A stretch of DNA of 64,000 nt. Origin: Macrostomum hystrix (taxonomy: Eukaryota > Animalia > Platyhelminthes). The stretch is taken from assembly GCA_950097015.1 (NCBI GenBank), contig CATNEN010000038.1, positions 18,352,001 through 18,416,000 of the forward strand, given 5' to 3'. The notes under the pieces were generated by a model. The model saw nothing but the letters and a program-made list of their open reading frames with translations. It did no database searches and was not told the origin of the DNA. Both the position numbers and the translations under genes were made by a program. Position 1 is the stretch's first letter, and the number at the start of each line of letters is the position of its first letter. This document shows, in pieces, positions 36,611-47,900 of the stretch.

Positions 36611-37629
36611 ATTTTTATTTTTGCAAAATAATGGAAAGAACTACTCACTATTGACTTGTTGAGTCGGGTGTCCTTCGCTCTTACCATAAACACACGTAAG
36701 CTTTGTGCTTAAATCTAGATTGCTGTTTGGTTCATTGTGTCTTCAAAAGTCACTCAAAAAACATGCTGTCGAAATTTCAAACCTCCAAAGCGTAATATTC
36801 TGGCATAGAAGTCCAGCCGTGGTTGTTAATTTTATTAAGAAAAATAAGAAAATGTTCTTTTAACAGTTAGGGGCGAGAATAGCATCCATTTCTATGTGAT
36901 TGCAGTTACTGATACTATTACTAATGCATGTATTACTAATACATAAAAACAAAATGTAAAAAAACAAAGGCTAATATTTTCCGCTCTACGAGCGTATTCG
37001 ATGAAAAAACTGCCAGAATAAAAAACAGCGGCGTCGTTTAGATTTTCAACGATTCTCGTCGGGGTGTCTGGTGCGGCGGCAGAAACCACCGACGTAGGCA
37101 TATTTTTGTGTTCTCAAAATTTCACCTTGTTATCATGTCGGCTATCACTTTTGACTATTTTGGACTGATTAAATTGTTAATTTTTTCATTTTTGAAACAT
37201 TATGGATTCGCCATAGAGGTTGATAAAGAGAAATGTTTGTTATCTTTGTCACCAAGGTCTCAGACAAGAATCGCTGTAATCTCGACGATGCTGACGTCAA
37301 ATAGCTTTAAAAGTTAGTTAGTAAAGGGCGGAAAATTGTAATTCATTCGGTGGAATGTCACGAAAATCGGTCATTAGGTTTGGGAGCTATCGTGAAGGAG
37401 GCAGTGGGTATTTGAAATACTCCGTGGCCTTTGCCCAGGGGAAATAGCGTGGTCTCTCTATTGTTAATCTATGTCTAAGGCCAAAAGGTACCACACGCTG
37501 TTCAGCTGCACGGCATCAATTTGAAGCGTGCAGCATGCAAAGATTTGTGGAGTACCAAAGGCCTGTTTTAACTACTGTTTAAATTTTAAGACTTTGATCC
37601 TTTAAATTGGTCATTCGTAAAGAGCAGTA

Positions 37630-39195
37630 TCAGGCCAGCTCCAACACAAGAAGGCGACTGTTGCAGCAGTCTGTTATGAGCAGCCGATCACATGAATCCG
37701 GGCTTCTCAACACCTCCAAGCCCCAAGGACAGTTGAGTTTGCCTGGTCTGCTGCCGTGCTCTCCTGGCACACCCAGAGTCATAAGCATTGATCCATTCTC
37801 AATGGACAGCACGCGCACCGAGTGGCCCAGGTGTTCGCTAACAAACAGACGACCACTGGTATCAACTGCCACATCCAATGGATACGCAAATTGAGCGAGG
37901 CCGGTTCGCTGCTGATTGGGATAAGAAACCAGAGCGTTTGTGTCCAAATGAACTCTGTGCACCTGACAATTTTCAGTGTCTGTAACGATAATGAAGTTGT
38001 CATACGCAACTAGACTGCGCAGGTCAGCGTTAGGTATCTGCGTCAGCGTGATGACCTTCTCCATTTGGTTTGTTCTTTTATTGAATGAGGCGATTTGGTT
38101 TTTGCTTGATACAATTAGAGATGTCTCGTTACCACAGATTCCTCCGATATCGCCAAAGTCATTGATTTGGATTCGACTCAGTTTTCTGCCGCTCAGATCA
38201 GCGACTGTCACGGCGTCCTCCTGAGCTATGAACAGTTTGCCAAGATCACAGTGAAGCCCCCAGATGCTCATCTCCCAGTCGATTTCGCAATAGCATTGAA
38301 ATGTTTTTGAGCCGTCGACTGTGAGCACAACAAGGCGCTTCTTGGTGACTCTGGCAAATATGCAGGGTTCTGGCAGAACAGTGTAGCCTTTGCGTGCCAC
38401 CTCCGAGGCCACCACGCGGCCTGAAGGATCACCGAAGAAGCCACTGGTGTCGGTGCACACAGCTAGCCACCTGGGTGGGCCATTAAGTTTGACTTCGCGC
38501 GCATAATCAATTGCGTTCACCATTGTGCAGACGCCTTTTGAATCGGGTCTCGCGACTATCTTCGCGTCTTTTGAGCCGTCAATGGATTTCGTACCAGCTG
38601 CAGCACTGCAGACCAGCTGTTCCAGCTGTTGCAGACGCCAGAGCTGGAGGTCGCCATGCGCATTGTCCCAATCCAAGCGCAGTCGCAGCTGTCGAGCTCT
38701 CTCAAAATCACCTTTCAAGTCAGGAATCGACAACTGCATCGATTCCGCTAGCTGAACCACCTCAGCTAAGTCTTTGGCAGCCAATGCTATGTCAACCTCC
38801 TGCATGTAGCTCGCGACATCCTTCAGATCTCTTTGGCACAGAAGCATCGCCTCAAGTCGATCTTTATGCTTTAGAATGACGCTTACTCGAAATGTATCTA
38901 GCTGTTGCTGAATCAAGTGAAATCTTTTCTCAATCTCCTGTAGCTCATTCTGCATAGCTTGCGTGACAGCCATCAGTTCATCTGCGTCCGCAGCCGCAAC
39001 GCCTGCGCCACCGTGCAAGTAGACACCCAGATCCTTTGCGACTTCGTCCTTAAGTTTGATGGCATCTGTGACATCAACACTGAGGTGCCGCTCGCACAGA
39101 TGTTTGTGCGAGTACGGACCAATACTGATTGCAGGTTGCTTGCAGATTACGCAGGTTGGTATTTCTTCTTGGTCCTGCGAGTGCGCGCAACTCAT
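37630..39195 (-). CDS. TRIM-NHL-like protein (B-box-like Zn finger, coiled coil, NHL beta-propeller), single coding exon, ~521 aa
   Basis: CVIC...HLCERH; heptad-rich helix; NHL repeats FAYPLDVAVDTSGRLFVSE and GKLNCPWGL; no RING domain. Confidence 0.85.
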   Translation of the reverse strand: MSCAHSQDQEEIPTCVICKQPAISIGPYSHKHLCERHLSVDVTDAIKLKDEVAKDLGVYLHGGAGVAAADADELMAVTQAMQNELQEIEKRFHLIQQQLDTFRVSVILKHKDRLEAMLLCQRDLKDVASYMQEVDIALAAKDLAEVVQLAESMQLSIPDLKGDFERARQLRLRLDWDNAHGDLQLWRLQQLEQLVCSAAAGTKSIDGSKDAKIVARPDSKGVCTMVNAIDYAREVKLNGPPRWLAVCTDTSGFFGDPSGRVVASEVARKGYTVLPEPCIFARVTKKRLVVLTVDGSKTFQCYCEIDWEMSIWGLHCDLGKLFIAQEDAVTVADLSGRKLSRIQINDFGDIGGICGNETSLIVSSKNQIASFNKRTNQMEKVITLTQIPNADLRSLVAYDNFIIVTDTENCQVHRVHLDTNALVSYPNQQRTGLAQFAYPLDVAVDTSGRLFVSEHLGHSVRVLSIENGSMLMTLGVPGEHGSRPGKLNCPWGLEVLRSPDSCDRLLITDCCNSRLLVLELA

Positions 39196-39993
39196 TGTCA
39201 AGATTCTTTCTGAAACATTGAGTAGCAGTTAAAAAACTTTGTATACCTGGTCAGTGCAATTAAATGTACAATCGCTTTCATTAATCAGGTAAAATACGAT
39301 AAATGATTAAATTCTTGGTATTGAGTGCCTAAATATTTTGCTCACGACATTAAATCAAGGAAAACAAAAGCATCGAGATGTTTATTAATGACGATTTCTC
39401 ATGCCTCCATTAGCAATTTATCTATTAGAACGACTCGGTGCTAAAATTATTAATCGACTGTTACAATTACAACTTGAAGAAAAAAGCAATGATTGCCTAA
39501 TTATTCGACACGAAAAGTTCGATGATACGAGTATTTCGTCAGAAATTTACTTTAGCAAGGAACAGTTGTCTTTACCTTTCACTAAACTTAGCGTACAGCG
39601 TCGTCTGTTTTTTAATAAACGTATTTCTACGTGCGTAGGCAGAATGGTGAGCAAGCGAATGTAAAGCTTTTAGTAGCTATACATTATTTAATTATATTTA
39701 TAATTGGGTACATCCTATAGGGCTCCGACAAGTATAAAATCTACTCAGCAACATTTTGCGAGCTTGTAAAGCCAGCAGCGCGCGCCGCTCCTTATTCTTT
39801 TAGATTGTATTGTTAGTGGCTGCACGCACACCGGCGTTGAGCAGTCTCCATTGTAAGAGCTAACTATAAAAATAGGGTTTAAAAACTAGATTACCAATGT
39901 TAATGTACGTACAGCTAATGTACGTTTTCTAGTCGCTTTGTGCCAAAGCAGATCTTTTAAATGATGTCATGAGCTTTTACCATTTTTCCACGG

Positions 39994-40706
<713 letters not shown>

Positions 40707-40971
40707 GATATCGAATAAGATAAGATATAAGATATAGTAGCACATATGGGTCTGCCAATAAATCTTAAACCTTAAGATGTAAATCCTCAACGAAAATATT
40801 TTTTTAACTTAGATGTTTGGTTTGAATACACGGGGGTATTGTCTTGCTAGTTCAGTATACTAATCTAATATGGCCTTTCTCAACCTCGCGTACATGTATA
40901 CTAGCTGACCTTCAAAGTTTGAATCAATTTATAAAACGGTCTCAACCTATTCTTCAAGCTGTCTTAAAATG

Positions 40972-41703
40972 TCATTTTTTCACGCGAAATTTGACCCAGT
41001 CGAAGCCATTTTCGATGAGCTCCTCAACTTGAGCGTCACTGTAATGCAGAAGACGACACAGCATCAGCTTGCTGTTGAACAACGCGTAATTAGTGCTTTC
41101 AGTAATCATAGCTGTAGTTACGCACTCGATCAAGGTTCGCACCCCTGTCTGATCGGTGTAGCAATAATCTGTACTCGGATTGTAACTTGATCGCTTGAAC
41201 GGAGTCTGCTGCCAGATGGCCGAGGGAGCTACAGCATCTTTTGATGTACCAACGAACTCGCAGACGAATCCACGCAGGTCGGAGCACCGAAAATCTATAA
41301 ACTGATTATAAAGAGGCGGTTTGGCCAAGCAGTCCTGATTGCCATTGCTATTTGGCATGCCAGAATACCACAGAGAGTCATTTAGAGGCAGGATTCCATT
41401 GCCATTCACTAGCTGCCACTCGGTCCTGGACACGCCTCTCTCATTCGCCATGTCGGTGACTCCGAACCAGAGTCTGCAGCCGCAGTTCACACTCGGCATG
41501 CTGTTGAGCAGCTGTAGTGAGCTGTAGGAGTTGATCAACTCACCGCCCATCGATAAGCACTGCCGATTCGCTGCGCACCAGCTATAGCTCTGCGCTGTAT
41601 CTACAAAGACGCACCTCCCGGCCTCTATATTGAACGGAGCTGGACAAATAGCTCGCGCGATCAGCAGATGGATGGATAGAGTCAGAAGTGCCAGTAGAAA
41701 CAT
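40972..41703 (-). CDS. Secreted C-type lectin domain protein with C-terminal PAN/apple-like module
   Basis: Signal peptide; W..A...C...GG.L, LWFG, W..GMPN...DC, D..C....FVCE. Confidence 0.88.
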   Translation of the reverse strand: MFLLALLTLSIHLLIARAICPAPFNIEAGRCVFVDTAQSYSWCAANRQCLSMGGELINSYSSLQLLNSMPSVNCGCRLWFGVTDMANERGVSRTEWQLVNGNGILPLNDSLWYSGMPNSNGNQDCLAKPPLYNQFIDFRCSDLRGFVCEFVGTSKDAVAPSAIWQQTPFKRSSYNPSTDYCYTDQTGVRTLIECVTTAMITESTNYALFNSKLMLCRLLHYSDAQVEELIENGFDWVKFRVKK

Positions 41704-42927
41704 CACAAGATTGCTTGACTGCTTGATGGCCCAACAACAGGTGAGGCCTTAGCTTTAGCACGAATTCAATTTTGAAAATCAAGCTGACTAATAGAAAATT
41801 GGGCGAAATTATGCCATGTTTATACATTTTCGTTCTGCTAAATAAAGTTTTTTTCGGTTGCTGGTTGATAAAAAGCGATTTCCGTGAAATTCTATTCTTT
41901 GTTACGAGCGTAAAATAGAAGATCTAAACGATTCTTGCAAGCATCCAATGCGGTTTCCTGTCTTTGATTTCAATGACTACTTCTAGTGTTTTATTGTGTG
42001 CTGTCAAATTTCATGCCACGGGAATCGAAACGCTTTATTGATTGAGGACGCAAAACAGTTTTTTCAGACTTTTTCGTTTCTTCCATTTTGTCTCCGGTGC
42101 TCTGACAAAAACTGCATTGTCTCAATTAAAAAATTTGCCATTGAAAAGCTTTTTCTCTTCGCAACTTCAGTTAGTGCAGCCTCGATTGAGGCAGACATTT
42201 TTAATCAACACAATGAAATTTCATATTTTTTTAATATTTGACGGGCTTATGAAAATCTATATGCGTTATTGTATTTGCTACACTTTTTGTCTTAAAAATC
42301 AACTGCACGACGCCATCATTGTCACCATTACTGTAGTAGGATATGGCGGCTCCTTTGAAGACTGGTTTGGTTGTCGGCTTGTTTGAAAACTGGTTTGGCT
42401 GTCGGCTGTACCCCTCAGTTGAGCTCAAGACTGAGCTACATTTCACACACCGCAAATGTACATTCCATGAGTATATTTGCAAGTGGTTAGATCATGGCCG
42501 ATGAAACCAGCCCTGCCGAGATGATAGCCACATCAAATCTTGGTACTCAGGGAACCTTGATCCTGAGCGCTTGAATTAGAGGCCTTCAGCAGCTTTGCGT
42601 GGACTTTGCTCGACAAGACGATGACTTAAAAGCTTCTAATTATCTAAAAGTGAATTTCGGGGAAATGCAAATTAAATATCGGTTAAAAGCGATCAGCAAT
42701 AAGCACATACTGTTTTCCCTTAAATACTGTTATTTTGCGCGACGCAGGACTTTGGCACCGGAAAACTTCCTGAGAAAGTGGTCATAGTAACTTCATCCAT
42801 TAGCTTTCAGAAAAATTGAGTCTGGTTTTTACAACAGTCAAGGAAAAAGTGACAGCGCTTACTAGCAAGCGAGTAGCAAACATTATATACACCAAAAATC
42901 CATCGCCCTTCAACATTGTGTTTTATC

Positions 42928-43737
42928 ATGCAGCTCCGCTGGCTGGGTCTTCTCTTGTTCTCACAGGCTCTCATCACTGAAATTATTGCTCAGGGCAGCG
43001 CTCAACCTGACATGGCCTTTCTCCGCATCGACGCGTTCCTCTGCATCAACGCCGAGTTCGTTGAGACCCACTCGGAGGAGAGCAGCAACGTCGGCTGCGC
43101 CAGCCTATGCGGTCTCAGCCTTCGCTGTCAGGCATTCAGCCTGTCTGACGGTCCGTGCCAGCTGTTTGTGTTCAACAAGTGCAGCAAGTCGGTGAGGAAC
43201 TGCAGCTGCTCGAAGAGAGGCCAGGTGTTTGTGAAGAGACAGTATGGTCTTCCGCCAGGCGCTCTGTGTCCGTTGGGCTACTACAGGGACCTCTGCGACG
43301 TCAAGTACAAGTGGATCGGGAGCGGAAGCGCAATGGCCTGGCATGAGGCCAGGCAGATGTGCGACTCGGAGAGCGGCCTGGTCATCATGGCCGACGTGAC
43401 CATCCCTGTGGAGATGAGCCACATAAACAACTTCACTTCCGGAACCTCGACTCCTACATTCTGGCTTGGAAGCTTCCTGCAGACAGGCAGCGCTGAACCC
43501 ACAGGCGGCTGGAGCTGGGTCAGCTGCGGACTGGCCATCAAGAACATCACCATTGCCCGTAGTATAAATATTATAGGCGGTCCAGAGAATACTGTGATCA
43601 ATGATGTCTCAAATAAAGGACTAAAGAGTGCTCAGGGGGGGATTCGCTACAGTTACCCCGCCCTGTGCGAGTGCCTATCGCCGTTCTGGCGGTATTTCAT
43701 TGCATGTTTTTGTCTACTAAAAACCATTAAAAAATAA
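42928..43737 (+). CDS. Secreted PAN/apple + EGF-like + C-type lectin domain protein (last few codons may be spliced)
   Basis: Signal peptide; CASLCGLSLRCQAFS...CQL (PAN); CPLGYYRDLC (EGF-like); WHEARQMC...FWLG...WSW...LCE (CTLD). Confidence 0.85.
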   Translation: MQLRWLGLLLFSQALITEIIAQGSAQPDMAFLRIDAFLCINAEFVETHSEESSNVGCASLCGLSLRCQAFSLSDGPCQLFVFNKCSKSVRNCSCSKRGQVFVKRQYGLPPGALCPLGYYRDLCDVKYKWIGSGSAMAWHEARQMCDSESGLVIMADVTIPVEMSHINNFTSGTSTPTFWLGSFLQTGSAEPTGGWSWVSCGLAIKNITIARSINIIGGPENTVINDVSNKGLKSAQGGIRYSYPALCECLSPFWRYFIACFCLLKTIKK

Positions 43738-43889
43738 ATTTCTCTGTTAGGCCATGCGCAATTCTAAAACTTATTTTCCTTCGACCTTGGGCTATATATT
43801 TCATCTACAAAATGTACGAGCTTGTACCTGATTTGAAACCGACAAGAAGTGTGATTTGATTAGAGTTCAAGCGACGCGCAAGTATGCAG

Positions 43890-44185
43890 ATTTTTTACTG
43901 TTTTTTTCGATTTTTCGCTTTGGAGCCTTCGACAGTGACATCTTCGAGGCATTCTAAAAGGCTCTCGGGAACCGTATGGATCACACCTGCATAATTTTAC
44001 GGTCACTGCTCAACTTCAGGGTGACCCCAAAAGTGGTGTCCACACTCCGACTATCTGGAGCATGACGTTGCGCTCTCCTGAGCAGTTTGCAGGGTCCACG
44101 TCCCGTCTTCAAAGTCGGGTATGCGGACGACGGTACTGCAATCATCGCAGGACCTTCGCCCAGCACGCTCAGGGACTCAAAGTTT
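43890..44185 (+). mobile_element. LOA-type LINE RT fragment
   Basis: PVFKVGYADDGTAIIAGPSPSTLRD closely parallels [25 protein letters not shown] of the 30-kb element. Confidence 0.8.
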
Positions 44186-44469
44186 TCTTTGAAAAGCTGA
44201 CGCCTGGACGCCTTTAATTCAGTAGAACTTGAGTAAAACTTGTCAAAGCATGACAATAAACTGTTGCAAAAAAATATTAAATCAAAGCTATGGTTTTCTA
44301 CGTCGAAGCTATTACAGTTTTTTTCATTAAAAAAGCATTTGAGTTTCTGTTCCTGGACATTGTACAAAAAGTAAGTTAGAGCTGAAATGGGAAAGTAAAA
44401 AATAACAGAAAGTATAATTTGCTTCAAATTTTGTCTATTATAAGGGATGTAACCATTCAATTTCTAATT

Positions 44470-44826
44470 GAGTGGGGGTTTGATTCGAGACTTAACTCGA
44501 ACAATTTGTGTCCTTTAGCAAGACACTAAACTCTGCATTGCTCCAGTTCAACCAGCTGTTAACCAGATGGGTACGTTGCATAAAAGTCCGTATTAGTATA
44601 CCACACTGGTACCATCTTACAGACACGTTCCTGGACGTCTAGTTTAGACTAGTTAGGACTTTCAGGTGGACATCCACAAGACGTCAAATAGTTATTCAGG
44701 GGTGGGTCTGACACCCCACAGTCCATGGACTGAACAGCCGTTTGCAGCCTTCAGATGCGCCGTGCAATAGCTACGGCTGTGCTGTCGGCTGCACATCTTG
44801 CCCAAATTAGGCAGGTGTAATAAAAA
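44470..44826 (+). mobile_element. tRNA-derived SINE copy (5' truncated, ~100-bp internal insertion)
   Basis: Same central domain and tail as 36293-36610. Confidence 0.85.
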
Positions 44827-44914
44827 ATCGATCAGTTGTGAACAAAAGTAAGTAAAACAAAAGCGCTATAATGTCTACGGCAATGTCGGTCTTCGCTTTG
44901 TGGTTGACGAATTC

Positions 44915-47900
44915 TTAATCCAGCCGAACCTGCGAATCTGACGCTCTATAAAAAGCTCCCGGTAGTCGCGGTGCGCCCAGAATCTTGTCACGAATCTGAC
45001 GCCTGGTGTTCAACAGGCACTGGCCAAGATTGCTGTCCGGCCTTCTGTAGCCGTAGACAAACACGAACACAATCAGGCCCACTAGCAAGGCTATGAATAG
45101 GGCTAAGAAGAAGCCTAGTACACCACGGGCCACGCTGTCCCACGATGGACCGTCAAGCTGGCACTGCGCGTTCACCTAATGGGGAGAGATTGTTAATAAA
45201 TCGACAAATGCATTCGATTTTCGATAATAATATTAATAATACTACTAATAATAATAATTGCAGGAGGTCTGCGGGCAGTGGCACATCATTTGGTGACACC
45301 AGACCCGCAGCCAGCGAGGAGGCAATTCTGCCCATTTCGCTGACTCCTGAGCACACACGCACACAGATACTGTACGCAGGCATACGCTCACACAGGTGTG
45401 TACATCTGCCCTGACTTTCTCAACGTCAGACAGTGTACACTTCACTAAGTCTTGGAGGTTGGCCCTCAAGGGCGTAAATTGCACGACAAGCCGCTAAGCC
45501 ATGTGGGAGAAATGCTCCTGTGGGAGAACCTCGCTGCGGGGAAAGATCCTGCGCGAAATATCGGTGGGAAATGCTCCTGTGGGAGAACCTCACTGCGGGG
45601 AAAGATCCTGCGCGAAAGATCGGTGGGAAATGCTCCTGTGGGAGAACCTCGCTGCGGGGAAAGATCCTGCGCGAAATATCGGTGGGAAATGCTCCTGTGG
45701 GAGAACCTCGCTGCGGGGAAAGATCCTGCGCGAAATATCGGTGGGAAATGCTCCTGTGGGAGAACCTCGCTGCGGGGAAAGATCCTGCGCGAAAGATCGG
45801 TGGGAAATGCTCCTGTGGGAGAACCTCGCTGCGGGGAAAGATCCTGCGCGAAAGATCGGTGGGAAATGCTCCTGTGGGAGAACCTCGCTGCGGGGAAAGA
45901 TCCTGCTGGAAAGATCCTGCGCGAAAAAACTCCTGAGGAAGGTCTCATGCTCCCGTCCGCGGTTTACTACGATGAACTAACTTTGACAGCCGTCCGATGT
46001 CAGCATCGTCGAGACACTTGTGACAAGCACACTAGCATCCACTGTATAAACCTCAATGGCAAATCAGTATTTGTTCAAAAATGTAATAACTAACAACTGA
46101 TAATATCATCAACAATAATAACAGACATTATATTATGCCGTTTAGAAACTATTGGCCCATAGCTGTCACTTTGTTTATGATTTGTGCTGAATTTTCTGTG
46201 CACAAAGTACGCTCCTATAATGAATCTGTGGGCTTAACGTCCAAGAAGGGAAAATCTAATTAAATCGCCATTCCCTAAGACCCACCGGATAGCGACAGCC
46301 GCTCCGCATTGAAGTGACCAACCGACGCTGACTGTCTGTAGAACAATTGCCTTGCTGAAAGCACCAGCTACAGTTAAATGTCGGTGCATATTTGCGAGTC
46401 ATGCAGTGTCCGCAAGTTTCCAGCCGAGCGCAAGCTGTAGAACAAAATAGGGGGCGAGTTTTTGGTTATAACAAGTTTTAAAGGTTGGTATAATATTAAT
46501 GGTTGCATTGCAGAGTGCGTTTCTGATCCGGAGTGTGTTTTTTGTGGTGCAGATTCTGTTTGTGGTGCAGATTCTGTTTGTGGTGCAGATTCTGTTTGTG
46601 GTGCAGATTCTGTTTGTGGTGCAGATTCTGTTTGTGGTGCAGGTTCTATCTTTGATGCAATCAGAAAAATAATAAAATTTCATGGACTTACTCGGCAGCG
46701 CAACAATCTGAGTGAAACTTGAATTGGTGATGCTAGCAAGCGATATGTTCTCGGCACGGTGAATGAAAACGTCCCAGACACTTTCGTCTAAAGGTTTGAA
46801 TGTATTTTCGGCAACAAAAGTTTACTCGCATCAAAATCTTTTCAGACTCGTGAACCCTTAAGTTGTCTTGGATTTTTTTATGCTATTCACAAAAAGCTTA
46901 TGATTAGCGACACTGTTGGGGATCCTGTTGGACATTGCGTACAGCTAAATCCTGTTGGACATTGCGTACAGCTAAATCCTGTTGGACATTGCGTACAGCT
47001 AAATCCTGTTGGACATTGCGTACAGCTAAATCCTGTTGGACATTGCGTACAGCTAAATCCTGTTGGACATTGCGTACAGCTAAATCCTGTTGGACATTGC
47101 GTACAGCTAAATCCTGTTGGACATTGCGTACAGCTAAATCCTGTTGGACATTGCGTACAGCTAAATCCTGTTGGACATTCTGTACTATACCTACTGCTCT
47201 TAGACCCATAGTGCACCACCGACCTCGCTTGGAATCGGATATTGTGCACGGAAACAACCATTAATTTCTTACCCGATGCTGGACTCGTAATAACGTAGTT
47301 AAAAACGTCTGCAACTCCAGCTTTGGCATCGGGTACTTGTGTTGACAAATTTGGCGGCATCTGAAAAAGAATTAGTTGTACTGTATCTGGGTGCTTATTT
47401 CTTCGGATTTTATCTGTCTAAGCAAAAAGTTGAGCAGTTCTCACATCGTAGTAGTGGAATAGCATGCTGTCATTCATGAAAATCACGCACTGGAATGACA
47501 GCCTCAGCTCTGGAAATGGCATCGGTCGCATTATATATTTTATTGGATTATAAATCCTGAGGCTATGGGGATTGTAGCCTAGCGCTTAGACCGTCGGACG
47601 ACTTTAAGGTCGGTGGTTCGATTCCTAGAAATTTTTAGAAATCCCCATTTCCTAGAATTTCCCATTTCATTGCAGTCACTATTCTATGGAAATCCATATT
47701 TTCAATAGTTCAAAACTTCATTTTCCAGATAATCCCAAGAAATCCCATCTGATAAAAATCTCATCCAGTTGAAATCCCGTTCGATAAAAGCCATTATTTA
47801 CCATAAATCCCCATTTTTCGGTAATTCCCTTTTTCTAGACATCCTCAATAATCGAAAAGCTTCTTAAACTTCCAGTTCCATTATAAACCTCTCGTACAAA

